Part shown: positions 22,601 to 37,600 of the stretch, in pieces | Position numbering within the stretch: position 1 is the first letter of the stretch | Layout of the letters: each line of letters begins with the position of its first letter | Source of the DNA: Octopus sinensis | Lineage: Eukaryota | Length of the DNA stretch: 64,000 nucleotides | Reading direction: 5' to 3' | Assembly: GCF_006345805.1 (NCBI RefSeq) | Contig: NW_021824846.1 | Coordinates: forward strand, 1,876-65,875 | The notes under the pieces: model-generated | Seen by the model: only the letters and a program-made list of their open reading frames with translations | What the model was told of the DNA's origin: nothing | Databases searched by the model: none | Position numbers and translations under genes: made by a program

Positions 22601-25600
22601 AAATATAAGTTAACTAATTGCTAAAAAGCTTATATTTATCCAAGACAACACTAAAATCTCAAAAGTTTTCAGGTTAGAAAATGTCAAAATATTGCATATG
22701 TGTACTTGAGAAACAACAGAAAATTTAGTGATCTCTTAGATAAATATAAGTTAACTGATTGCTAAAAAGCTTATATTTATCCAAGAGAACACTAAAATCT
22801 CAAAAGTTTTCAGGTTAGTAAATGTCAAAATACAGCATATGTGTACTTGAAAAAGGAAAAAAAAATTTAGTGATCTAAATATACGTGTACTTGAAAAACA
22901 ACAAAAGATTTAGTGATCTATTAGCTAAATATAAGTTAACTGATTGATAAAAAGCTTATAGTTATCCAAGAGAACAGTAAAATCTCAAAAGTTTTCAGGT
23001 TAGAAAATGTGAAAATATTGCATATGCGTACTTGAAAAACAACAAAAAATTTAATGATCTAAATATACGTGTACTTGAAAAACAACAAAAGATTTAGTGA
23101 TCTATTAGCTAAATATAAGTTAACTGATTGATAAAAAGCTTTCAGGTTACAAAAGTTTTCAGATTACAAAATCTCAAAATATGTGTACTTGAGAAACAAC
23201 AGAAAATTTAGTGATCTCTTATCTAAAAATAATTTAGCTGATTGATAAAAAGCTTATATTTATCCTAGAGAACACTAAACTCTCAATAGTTTTCAGGTTA
23301 GAAATTGTCAAAATATTGCATTTGCGTACTTGAAAAACAAAAATTTTAGTGATCTCTTAGCTAAATATAATTTAACTGATTGATAAAAAGCTTATATTTA
23401 TCCAAGAGAACACTAAAATCTCAAAAGTTTTCAGGTTAGAATATGTCAAAATATTGCATATGCGTACTTAAAAAACAACAAAAAATTTAGTGATCTCTTA
23501 GCTAAATATAAGTTTATTGATTTTTAAAAAGCTTATATTTATCCAAGAGAATACTAAAATCTCAAAAGTTTTAAGGTTAGAAAATGTCAAAATATGTGTA
23601 CTTTAAAAACAACAGAAAATTTAGTGATCTCTTAGCTAAATATAAGTTAACTGATGGATAAAAAGCTTATATTTATCCAAGAGAACACTAAACTCTCAAA
23701 AGTTTTCAGGTTAGAAAATGTCAAAATATTGCATTTGCGTACTTGAAAAACAACAAAAATTTTAGTGATCTATTAGCCAAATGTAAGTTAACTGATTGCT
23801 AAAAAGCTTATATTTATCCAAGAGAACACTAAAATCTCAAAAGTTTTCAGGTTAGAAAATGTCAAAATTTATCCAAGAGAACACTAAAATCTCAAAAGTT
23901 TTCAGGTTAGAAAATGTCGAAATATGTGTACTTGAAAAAGAATAGAAAATTCAGTGATCTCTTAGCTAAATATAATTTAACTGAACACTAAACTCTCAAT
24001 AGTTTTCAGGTTAGAAATTGTCAAAATATTGCATATGCGTACTTAAAAAACAACAAAAAATTTAGTGATCTCTTAGCTAAATATAATTTAACTGATTGAT
24101 AAAAAGCTTATATTTATCCAAGAGAACACTAAAATCTCAAAAGTTTTCAGGTTAGAATATGTCAAAATATTGCATATGCGTACTTAAAAAACAACAAAAA
24201 TTTAGTGATCTCTTAGCTAAATATAATTTAACTGATTGATAAAAAGCTTATATTTATCCAAGAGAACACTAAAATCTCAAAAGTTTTCAGGTTAGAATAT
24301 GTCAAAATATTGCATATGCGTACTTAAAAAACAAAAAAAAATTTAGTGATCTCTTAGCTAAATATAAGTTTATTGATTTTTAAAAAGCTTATATTTATCC
24401 AAGAGAATACTAAAATCTCAAAAGTTTTCAGGTTAGAAAATGTCAAAATATGTGTACTTTAAAAACAACAGAAAATTTAGTGATCTCTTAACTGATGAAT
24501 AAAAAGCTTATATTTATCCAAGAGAACACTAAAATCTCAAAAGTTTTCAGGTTAGTAAATGTCAAAATACAGCATATGTGTACTTGAAAAAGAACAAAAA
24601 ATTTAGTGATCTCTTAGCTGAATATAAGTTAACTGATTGATAAAAAGCTTATATTTATCCAAGAGAACACTAAACTCTCAAAAGTTTTCAGGTTAGAAAA
24701 TGTGAAAATATTGCATATGCGTACTTGAAAAACAACAAAAAATTTAATGATCTAAATATACGTGTACTTGAAAAACAACAAAAGATTTAGTGATCTGTTA
24801 GCTAAATATAAGTTAACTGATTGATAAAAAGCTTATATTTATCCAAGAGAACACTAAAATCTCAAAAGTTTTCAGGTTAGAAAATGTCGAAATATGTATA
24901 CTTGAAAAACAATAGAAAATTCAGTGATCTCTTAGCTAAATATAATTTAACTGATTGATAAAAAGCTTATAGTTATCCAAGAGAACAGTAAAATCTCAAA
25001 AGTTTTCAGGTTAGAAAATGTGAAAATATTGCATATGCGTACTTGAAAAACAACAAAAAATTTAATGATCTAAATATACGTGTACTTGAAAAACAACAAA
25101 AGATTTAGTGATCTATTAGCTAAATGTAAGTTAACTGATTGCTAAAAAGCTTATATTTATCCAAGAGAACACTAAAATCTCAAAAGTTTTCAGGTTAGTA
25201 AATGTCAAAATACAGCATATGTGTACTTGAAAAAGGAAAAAAAAATTTAGTGACCTAAATATACGTGTACTTGAAAAACAACAAAAGATTTTGTGATCTA
25301 TTAGCTAAATATAAGTTAACTGATTGATAAAAAGCTTATAGTTATCCAAGAGAACAGTAAAATCTCAAAAGTTTTCAGGTTAGAAAATGTGAAAATATTG
25401 CATATGCGTACTTGAAAAACAACAAAAAATTTAATGATCTAAATATACGTGTACTTGAAAAACAACAAAAGATTTAGTGATCTATTAGCTAAATATAAGT
25501 TAACTGATTGATAAAAAGCTTTCAGGTTACAAAAGTTTTCAGATTACAAAATCTCAAAATATGTGTACTTGAGAAACAACAGAAAATTTAGTGATCTCTT

Positions 25601-28600
25601 AGCTAAATATAATTTAACTGATTGATAAAAAGCTTATATTTATCCAAGAGAACAGTAAAATCTCAAAAGTTTTCAGGTTAGAAAATGTGAAAATATGTGT
25701 ACTTTAAAAACAACAGAAAATTTAGTGATCTCTTAGCTAAATATAAGTTAACTGATGGATAAAAAGCTTATATTTATCCAAGAGAACACTAAAATCTCAA
25801 AAGTTTTCAGGTTAGTAAATGTCAAAATACAGCATATGTGTACTTGAAAAAGAACAAAAAATTTAGTGATCTCTTAGCTGAATATAAGTTAACTGATTGA
25901 TAAAAAGCTTATATTTATCCAAGAGAACACTAAAATCTCAAAAGTTTTCAGGTTAGAAAATGTCAAAATATTGCATATGCGGACATGAAAAACAACAAAA
26001 TATTTACTGATCTAAATATATGTGTACTCGAAAAACAACAAAAAATTTAGTGATCTAAGTTAACTGATTGATAAAAAGCTTATATTTATCCAAGAGAACA
26101 CTAAACTCTCAAAAGTTTTCAGGTTAGAAAATGTCAAAATATTGCATTTGCGTACTTGAAAAACAACAAAAATTTTAGTGATCTATTAGCTAAATGTAAG
26201 TTAACTGATTGCTAAAAAGCTTATATTTATCCAAGAGAACACTAAAATCTCAAAAGTTTTCAGGTTAGAAAATGTGAAAATATTGCATATGCGTACTTGA
26301 AAAACAACAAAAAATTTAATGATCTAAATATACGTGTACTTGAAAAACAACAAAAGATTTAGTGATCTATTAGCTAAATATAAGTTAACTGATTGATAAA
26401 AAGCTTATATTTATCCAAGAGAACACTAAAATCTCAAAAGTTTTCAGGTTAGAAAATGTTAAAATATGTGTACTTGAAAAACAATAGAAAATTCAGTGAT
26501 CTCTTAGCTAAATATAATTTAACTGATTGATAAAAAGCTTATAGTTATCCAAGAGAACAGTAAACTCTCAAAAGTTTTCAGGTTAGAAAATGTGAAAATA
26601 TTGCATATGCGTACTTGAAAAACAACAAAAAATTTAATGATCTAAATATACGTGTACTTGAAAAACAACAAAAGATTTAGTGATCTATTAGCTAAATATA
26701 AGTTAACTGATTGATAAAAAGCTTATATTTATCCAAGAGAACACTAAAATCTCAAAAGTTTTCAGGTTAGAAAGTGTCAAAATATGTGTACTTGAAAAAC
26801 AATAGAAAATTCAGTGATCTCTTAGCTAAATATAATTTAACTGATTGATAAAAAGCTTATAGTTATCCAAGAGAACAATAAAATCTCAAAAGTTTTCAGG
26901 TTAGAAAATGTGAAAATATTGCATATGCGTACTTGAAAAACAACAAAAAATTTAATGATCTAAATATACGTGTACTTGAAAAACAACAAAAGATTTAGTG
27001 ATCTATTAGCTAAATATAAGTTAACTGATTGACAAAAAGCTTATATTTATCGAATAGATCACTAATATCTCAAAAGTTTTCAGGTTAGAAAGTGTCAAAA
27101 TATGTGTACTTGAAAAACAATAGAAAATTCAGTGATCTCTTAGCTAAATATAATTTAACTGATTGATAAAAAGCTTATAGTTATCCAAGAGAACAATAAA
27201 ATCTCAAAGTTTTCAGGTTAGAAAATGTGAAAATATTGCATATGCGTACTTGAAAAACAACAAAAATTTTAGTGATCTATTAGCTAAATATAAGTTACTG
27301 ATTGATAAAAACAACAAAAGATTTAATGATCTATTAGCTAAATATAAGTTAACTGATTGATAAAAAGCTTATATTTATCCAAGAGAACACTAAAATCTGA
27401 AAAGTTTTCAGGTTAGAAAATGTCGAAATATGTGTACTTGAAAAAGAATAGAAAATTCAGTGATCTCTTAGCTAAATATAATTTAACTGATTGATAAAAA
27501 GCTTATAGTTATCCAAGAGAACAGTAAAATCTCAAAAGTTTTCAGGTTAGAAAATGTGAAAATATTGCATATGCGTACTTGAAAAACAACAAAAAATTTA
27601 ATGATCTAAATATACGTGTACTTGAAAAACAACAAAAGATTTAGTGATCTATTAGCTAAATATAAGTTAACTGATTGACAAAAAGCTTATATTATCGAAT
27701 AGATCACTAATATCTCAAAAGTTTTCAGGTTAGAAAAGTTAACTGATTGATAAAAAGCTTATAGTTATCCAAGAGAACAGTAAAATCTCAAAATTTTCAG
27801 GTTAGAAAATGTGAAAATATTGCATATGCGTACTTGAAAAACAACAAAAAATTTAATGATCTAAATATACGTGTACTTGAAAAACAACAAAAAATTTGGT
27901 GATCTCTTAGCTGAATATAAGTTAACTGATTGATAAAAAGCTTATATGTATCCAAGAGAACACTAAAATCTCAAAAGTTTTCATGTTAGAAAATGTCAAA
28001 ATATGCATTTGCGTACTTGAAAAACAACAAAAATTTTAGTGATCTCTTAGCTAAATATAATTTAACTGATTGATAAATGCTTATATTTATCCAAGAGAAC
28101 ACTAACTCTCAAAAGTTTTCAGGTTAGAAAGTGTCAAAATATTGCATATGCGTACATGAAAAAAAACATGTGTACTTGAGAAACAACAGAAAATTTAGTG
28201 ATCTATTAGCTAACTATAAGTTAACTGATTGATAAAAAGCTTGTATTTATCCAAGAGAACACTAAAATCTTTTTAGTTAACTGATTGATAAAAACTTTTT
28301 ATCCATCAGAATACAAAATGTCAAAATATTGCATATGTGTACTTGAAAAACAACGGAAAATTTAGTGATCTTTTAAATGATGGATAAAATGCTTATATTT
28401 ATCCAAGAGAACACTAAAATCTCATATGTTTTCAGGTTAGTAAATGTCAAAATATTGCATTTGCGTACTAGCTAAATATATTGCTAAAAAGCTTATATTT
28501 ATCCAAGAGAACAGTAAAATCTCAAAAGTTTTCAGGTTAGAAAATGTGAAAATATTGCATATGCGTACTTGAAAAACAACAAAAAATTTAATGATCTAAA

Positions 28601-31600
28601 TATACGTGTACTTGAAAAACAACAAAAGATTTAGTGATCTATTAGCTAAATATAAGTTAACTGATTGACAAAAAGCTTATATTTATCGAATAGATCACTA
28701 ATATCTCAAAAGTTTTCAGGTTAGAAAAGTTAACTGATTGATAAAAAGCTTATAGTTATCCAAGAGAACAGTAAAATCTCAAAAGTTTTCAGGTTAGAAA
28801 ATGTGAAAATATTGCATATGCGTACTTGAAAAACAACAAAAAATTTAATGATCTAAATATACGTGTACTTGAAAAACAACAAAAGATTTAGTGATCTATT
28901 AGCTAAATATAAGTTAACTGATTGACAAAAAGCTTATATTTATCGAATAGATCACTAATATCTCAAAAGTTTTCAGGTTAGAAAAGTTAACTGATTGATA
29001 AAAAGCTTATAGTTATCCAAGAGAACAGTAAAATCTCAAAAGTTTTCAGGTTAGAAAATGTGAAAATATGCATATGCGTACTTAAAAACAACAAAAAATT
29101 TAATGATCTAAATATACGTGTACTTGAAAAACAACAAAAATTTTAGTGATCTCTTAGCTAAATATAATTTAACTGATTGATAAAAAGCTTATATGTATCC
29201 AAGAGAACACTAAAATCTCAAAAGTTTTCATGTTAGAAAATGTCAAAATATTGCATTTGCGTACTTGAAAAACAACAAAAATTTTAGTGATCTCTTAGCT
29301 AAATATAATTTAACTGATTGATAAATGCTTATATTTATCCAAGAGAACACTAAACTCTCAAAAGTTTTCAGTTAGAAAGTGTCAAAATATTGCATATGCG
29401 TACATGAAAAAAAACATGTGTACTGAGAAACAACAGAAAATTTAGTGATCTATTAGCTAACTATAAGTTAACTGATTGATAAAAGCTTGTATTTATCCAA
29501 GAGAACACTAAAATCTTTTTAGTTAACTGATTGATAAAAACTTTTTATCCATCAGAATACAAAATGTCAAAATATTGCATATGTGTACTTGAAAAAACGG
29601 AAAATTTAGTGATCTTTTAAATGATGGATAAATGCTTATATTTATCCAAGAGAACACTAAAATCTCATATGTTTTCAGGTTAGTAAATGTCAAAATATTG
29701 CATTTGCGTACTAGCTAAATATATTGCTAAAAAGCTTATATTTATCCAAGAGAACACTAAAATCTCAAAAGTTTTCAGGTTAGAAAATGTCAAAATATTG
29801 CACATCTGTACTTGAAAAACAACGAATAATTTAGTGATCACTTAGCTAAATATACGTTTATTGATTGATAAAAAGCTTATATTTATCCAAGAGAACACTA
29901 AAATCTCAAAAGTTTTCAGTTAGTAAATGTCAAAATACAGCATATGTGTACTTGAAAAGGAACAAAATTTAGTGATCTCTTAGCTAAATATACGTTTATT
30001 GATTGATAAAAAGCTTATATTTATCCAAGAAACACTAAAATCTCAAAAGTTTTCAGGTTAGAAAATGTCAAAATATTGCATATGCGTACTTGAAAAACAA
30101 CGAATAATTTAGTGATCACTTAGCTAAATATAAGTTAACTGATTGATAAAAAGCTTATAGTTATCCAAGAGAACAGTAAATCTCAAAAGTTTTCAGGTTA
30201 GAAAATGTCAAAATATAGCATATGCGTACTTGAAAAACAACAAAAATTTAGTGATCACTTAGCTAAATATAAGTTAACTGATTGATAAAAAGCTTATATA
30301 TATTCAAGAGAACACTAAAATCTCAAAAGTTTCAGGTTACAAATGACAAATATTACATATGCGTACTTGAAAACAACAAAAAATTAGTGATCTCTTAGCT
30401 ATATATAAGTTAACTGATTGATAAAACACAAAAATTTTAGTGATCTATTAGCTAAATGTAAGTTAACTGATTGCTAAAAAGCTTATATTCATCCAAGAGA
30501 CACTAAAATCTCAAAAGTTTTCAGGTTAGAAAATGTCAAAATATGTGTACTTGAAAAACAATAGAAAATTCAGTGATCTCTTAGCTAAATATAATTTAAC
30601 TGATTGATAAAAAGCTTATAGTTATCCAAGAGAACAGTAAAATCTCAAAAGTTTTGATAAAAAGCTTATATTTATCCAAGAGAACACTAAACTCTCAAAA
30701 GTTTTCAGGTTAGAAAATGTCAAAATATTGCAGTTGCGTACTTGAAAAACAACAAAAATTTTAGTGATCTATTAGCTAAATGTAAGTTAACTGATTGCTA
30801 AAAGCTTATATTTATCCAGAGAACACTAAAATCTCAAAAGTTTTCAGGTTAGAAAATGTCAAATATGTGTACTTGAAAAACAATAGAAAATTCAGTGATC
30901 TCTTAGCTAAATATAATTTAACTGATTGATAAAAGCTTATAGTTATCCAAGAGAACATAAAATCTCAAAAGTTTTCAGGTTAGAAATGTGAAAATATTGC
31001 ATATGCGTACTTGAAAAACAACAAAAAATTTAATGATCTTAAATACGTATACTTGAAAACAACAAAAGATTTAGAAATCTATTAGCTAAATATAAGTTAA
31101 CTGATTGATAAAAAGCTTATATTTATCCAAGAGAACACTAAATCTCAAAAGTTTTCAGGTTAGAAAATATCAAATATAGCATATGCGTACTTGAAAACAC
31201 AAAAAATTTAGTGATCACTTAGCTGAATATAAGTTACTAATTGATAAAAAGCTTATATTATCCAAGAGAACACTAAAATCTCAAAAGTTTTCATGTTAGA
31301 AAATGTCAAATATTGCATTTGCGTACTTGAAAACAACAAAAAATTTAGTGATCTATTAGCTAAATATAAGTTAACTAATTGCTAAAAGCTTATATTTATC
31401 CAAGAGAACACTAAAATCTCAAAAGTTTTCAGGTTAGAAAATGTCAAAATATTGCATATGTGTACTTGAGAAACAACAGAAATTTAGTGATCTCTTAGCT
31501 AAATATAAGTTAACTGATTGCTAAAAAGCTTATATTTATCCAAGAGAACACTAAATCTCAAAGTTTTCAGGTTAGTAAATGTCAAAATACAGCATATGTG

Positions 31601-34600
31601 TACTTGAAAAGGAAAAAAAAATTTAGTGATCTAAATATACGTGTACTTGAAAAACAACAAAAGATTTAGTGATCTATTAGCTAAATATAAGTTAACTGAT
31701 TGATAAAAAGCTTTCAGGTTACAAAAGTTTTCAGATTACAATCTCAAAATTATGTGTACTTGAGAAACAACAGAAAATTTAGTGATCTCTTAGCTAAAAT
31801 AATTTAGCTGATTGATAAAAAGCTTATATTTATCCTAGAGAACACTAAACTCTCAATAGTTTTCAGGTTAGAAATTGTCAAATATTGCATTTGCGTACTT
31901 GAAACAAAAATTTAGTGATCTCTTAGCTAAATATAATTTAACTGATTGATAAAAAGCTTATATTTATCCAAGAGAACACTAAAATCTCAAAATTTTCAGT
32001 TAGAATATGTCAAAATATTGCATATGCGTACTTAAAAAACAACAAAAATTTAGTGATCTCTTAGCTAAATATAAGTTTATTGATTTTTAAAAGCTTATAT
32101 TTATCCAAGAGAATACTAAAATCTCAAAAGTTTTAAGGTTAGAAATGTCAAAATATGTGTACTTTAAAAACAACAGAAAATTTAGTGATCTCTTAGCTAA
32201 ATATAAGTTAACTGATGGATAAAAAGCTTATATTTATCCAAGAGAACACTAAACACTCAAAAGTTTTCAGGTTAGAAAATGTCAAAATATTGCATTTGCG
32301 TACTTGAAAAACAACAAAAATTTTAGTGATCTATTAGCCAAATGTAAGTAACTGATTGCTAAAAGCTTATATTTATCCAAGAGAACACTAAAATCTCAAA
32401 GTTTTCAGGTTAGAAAATGTCAAAATTTATCCAAGAAACATTAAATCTCAAAAGTTTTCAGGTTAGAAAAGTCAAAATATTGCATATGCGTACTTGAAAA
32501 ACCAAAAATTTAGTGATCTCTTAGCTAATATAATTAACTGATTGATAAAAAGCTTATATTTATCCTAGAGAACACTAACTCTCAATAGTTTTCAGGTTAG
32601 AAATTGTCAAAATATTGCATATGCGTACTTAAAAAACAACAAAAAATTTAGTGATCTCTTAGCTAAATATAATTTAACTGATTGCTAAAAAGCTTATATT
32701 TATCCAAGAGAACACTAAAATCTCAAAAGTTTTCAGGTTAGTAAATGTCAAAATACAGCATATGTGTACTTGAAAAAGGAAAAAAAAATTTAGTGACCTA
32801 AATATACGTGTACTTGAAAAACAACAAAAGATTTTGTGATCTATTAGCTAAATATAAGTTAACTGATTGATAAAAAGCTTATAGTTATCCAAGAGAACAG
32901 TAAAATCTCAAAAGTTTTCAGGTTAGAAAATGTGAAATATTGCATATGCGTACTTGAAAACAACAAAAAATTTAATGATCTAAATATACGTGTACTTGAA
33001 AAACAACAAAGATTTAGTGATCTATTAGCTAAATAAAGTTAACTGATTGATAAAAAGCTTTCAGGTTACAAAAGTTTTCAGATTACAAAATCTCAAAATA
33101 TGTGTACTTGAGAAACAACAGAAAATTTAGTGATCTCTTAGCTAAATATAAGTTAACTGATTGCTAAAAAGCTTATATTTATCCAAGAGAACACTAAAAT
33201 CTCAAAAGTTTTCAGGTTAGTAAATGTCAAAATACAGCATATGTGTACTTGAAAAAGGAAAAAAAAATTTAGTGATCTAAATATACGTGTACTTGAAAAA
33301 CAACAAAAGATTTAGTGATCTATTAGCTAAATATAAGTTAACTGATTGATTAAAAAGCTTATAGTTATCCAAGAGAACAGTAAAATCTCAAAAGTTTTCA
33401 GGTTAGTAAATGTCGAAATATGTGTACTTGAAAAACAATAGAAAATTCTGTGATCTCTTAGCTAAAAATAATTTAGCTGATTGATAAAAAGCTTATATTT
33501 ATCCTAGAGAACACTAAACTCTCAATAGTTTTCAGGTTAGAAATTGTCAAAATATTGCATTTGCGTACTTGAAAAACAAAAATTTTAGTGATCTCTTAGC
33601 TAAATATAATTTAACTGATTGATAAAAAGCTTATATTTATCCAAGAGAACACTAAAATCTCAAAAGTTTTCAGGTTAGAAAATGTCGAAATATGTGTACT
33701 TGAAAAACAATAGAAAATTCAGTGATCTCTTAGCTAAATATAATTTAACTGATTGATAAAAAGCTTATAGTTATCCAAGAGAACAGTAAAATCTCAAAAG
33801 TTTTCAGTTAGAAAATGTGAAAATATTGCATATGCGTACTTGAAAAACAACAAAAAATTTAATGATCTAAATATACGTGTACTTAAAAACAACAAAAGAT
33901 TTTGTGATCTATTAGCTAAATGTAAGTTAACTGATTGCTAAAAAGCTTATATTTATCCAAGAGAACACTAAATCTCAAAAGTTTTCAGGTTAGTAAATGT
34001 CAAAATACAGCATATGTGTACTTGAAAAAGGAAAAAAAATTTAGTGATCTAAATGTACGTGTACTTGAAAAACAACAAGATTTAGTGATCTCTTAGCTAA
34101 ATATAATTTAACTGATTGATAAAAAGCTATAGTTATCCAAGAGAACAGTAAAATCTCAAAAGTTTTCAGGTTAGAAAATGTGAAAATATTGCATATGCGT
34201 ACTTGAAAAACAACAAAAAATTTAATGATCTAAATATACGTGTACTTGAAAAACAACAAAAGATTTAGTGATCTATTAGCTAAATATAAGTTAACTGATT
34301 GATAAAAAGCTTTCAGGTTACAAAAGTTTTCAGATTACAAAATCTCAAAATATGTGTACTTGAGAAACAACAGAAAATTTAGTGATCTCTTAGCTAAATA
34401 TAATTTAACTGATTGATAAAAAGCTTATATTTATCCAAGAGAACATTTAAATCTCAAAAGTTTTCAGGTTAGAAAATGTCAAAATATTGCATATGCGTAC
34501 TTGAAAAACAACAAAAAATTTAGTGATCTCTTAGCTAAATATAATTTTACTGATTGATAAAAAGCTTATATTTATCCTAGAGAACACTAAACTCTCAATA

Positions 34601-37600
34601 GTTTTCAGGTTAGAAATTGTCAAAATATTGCATATGCGTACCTAAAAAACAACAAACAATTTAGTGATCTCTTAGCTAAATATAATTTAACTGATTGATA
34701 AAAAGCTTATATTTATCCAAGAGAACACTAAAATCTCAAAAGTTTTCAGGTTAGAAAATGTGAAATATTTGCATATGCGTACTTGAAAAACACAAAAAAT
34801 ATAATGATCTAAATATACGTGTACTTGAAAAACAACAAAAGATTTAGTGATCTATTAGCTAAATGTAAGTTAACTGATTGCTAAAAAGCTTATATTTATC
34901 CAAGAGAACACTAAAATCTCAAAAGTTTTCAGGTTAGTAAATGTCAAAATACAGCATATGTGTACTTGAAAAAGAAAAAAAAAAATTAGTGATCTAAATA
35001 TACGTGTACTTGAAAAACAACAAAAGATTTAGTGATCTATTAGCTAAATATAAGTTAACTGATTGATAAAAAGCTTATAGTTATCCAAGAGAACAGTAAA
35101 ATCTCAAAAGTTTTCAGGTTAGAAATGTGAAAATATTGCATATGCGTACTTGAAAAACACAAAAAATTTAATGATCTAAATATACGTGTACTTGAAATAC
35201 AACAAAAGATTTAGTGATCTATTAGCTAAATATAGTTAACTGATTGATAAAAAGCTTCAGGTTACAAAAGTTTTCAGATTACAAAATCTCAAATATGTGT
35301 ACTTGAGAAACAACAAAATTTAGTGATCTCTTAGCTAAATATAATTTAACTGATTGATAAAAAGCTTATATTTATCCAAGAGAACACTTAAATCTCAAAA
35401 GTTTTCAGGTTAGAAAATGTCAAAATATTGCATATGCGTACTTGAAAAACAACAAAAAATTTAGTGATCTCTTAGCTAAATATAATTTAACTGATTGATA
35501 AAAAGCTTATATTTATCCTAGAGAACACTAAACTCTCAATAGTTTTCAGGTTAGAAATTGTCAAAATATTGCATTTGCGTACTTGAAAAACAACAAAAAT
35601 TTTAGTGATCTCTTAGCTAAATATAAGTTTATTGATTTTTAAAAAGCTTATATTTATCCAAGAGAATACTAAAATCTCAAAGGTTTTCAGGTTAGAAAAT
35701 GTCAAAATATGTGTACTTTAAAAACAACAGAAAATTTAGTGATCTCTTAGCTAAATATAAGTTAACTGATGGATAAAAAGCTTATATTTATGCCAAGAGA
35801 ACACTAAAATCTCAAAAGTTTTCAGGTTAGTAAATGTCAAAATACAGCATATGTGTACTTGAAAAAGAACAAAAAATTTAGTGACCTCTTAGCTGAATAT
35901 AAGTTAACTGATTGATAAAACTTATATTTATCCAAGAGAACACTAAAATCTCAAAAGTTTTCAGGTTAGAAAATGTCAAAATATTGCATATGCGGACATG
36001 AAAACAACAAAATATTTATGATCTACTAAATATACGTGTACTTGAAAAACAAAAGATTTAGTGATCTATTAGCTAAATATAAGTTAACTGATTGATAAAA
36101 GGCTTATATTTATCCAAGAGAACACTAAAATCTCAAAGTTTTCAGGTTAGAAAATGTCGAAATATGTGTACTTGAAAAACAATAGAAAATTCAGTGATCT
36201 CTTAGCTAAATATAATTTAACTGATTGATAAAAAGCTTATAGTTATCCAAGAGACAGTAAAATCTCAAAAGTTTTCAGTTAGAAAATGTGAAATATTGCA
36301 ATGTGTACTTGAAAAACAACAAAAAATTTAATGATCTAAATATACGTGTACTTGAAAACAACAAAAGATTTAGTGATCTATTAGCTAAATGTAAGTTAAC
36401 TGATTGCTAAAAAGCTTATATTTATCGAAGAGAACACTAAAATCTCAAAAGTTTTCAGGTTAGTAAATGTCAAAATACAGCATATGTGTACTTGAAAAAG
36501 GAAAAAAAAATTTAGTAGTGATCAAATATACTGTACTTGAAAAACAACAAATTTAGTGATATATTAGCTAAATATAAGTTAACTGATTGATAAAAACTTA
36601 TAGTTATCCAAGAGAACACTAAAATCTCAAAAGTTTTCAGGTTAGAAAATGTGAAAATATTGCATATGCGTACTTGAAAAACAACAAAAATTTAATGATC
36701 TAAATATACGTGTACTTGAAAACAACAAAAATTTAGTGATCTATTAGCTAAATATAAGTTAACTGATTGATAAAAGCTTATATTTATCCAAGAGAACACT
36801 TAAATCTCAAAAGTTTTCAGATTTAAATGTCAAAATATTGCATATGCGTACTTGAAAAACAACAAAAATTTAGTGATCTCTTAGCTAAATATAATTTAAC
36901 TGATTGATAAAAGCTTATATTTATCCTAGAGAACACTAAACTCTCAATAGTTTTCAGGTTAGAAATTGTCAAAATATTGCATTTGCGTACTTGAAAAACA
37001 ACAAAATTTTAGTGATGTCTTAGCTAAATATAATTTAACTGATTGATAAAAGCTTATATTTATCCAAGAGAACACTAAAATCTCAAAAGTTTTCAGGTTA
37101 GAATATGTCAAAATATTGCATATGCGTACTTAAAAAACAACAAAAAATTTAGTGATCTCTTAGCTAAATATAATTTAACTGATTGATAAAAAGCTTATAT
37201 TTATCCTAGAAACACTAAACTCTCAATAGTTTTCAGGTTAGAAATTGTCAAAATATTGCATTTGCGTACTTGAAAAACAACAAAAATTTTAGTGATCTCT
37301 TAGCTAAATATAATTAACTGATTGATAAAAAGCTTATATTTATCCAAGAGAACACTAAAATCTCAAAAGTTTTCAGGTTAGAATATGTCAAAATATTGCA
37401 TATGCGTACTTAAAAACAACAAAAAATTTAGTGATCTCTTAGCTAAATATAGTTTATTGATTTTTAAAAGCTTATATTTTATCCAAGAGAATACTAAAAT
37501 CTCAAAGTTTTCAGGTTAGAAAATGTCAAAAATGTGTACTTTTAAAACAACAGAAAATTTAGTGATCTCTTAGCTAAATATAAGTTAACTGATGGCTAAA

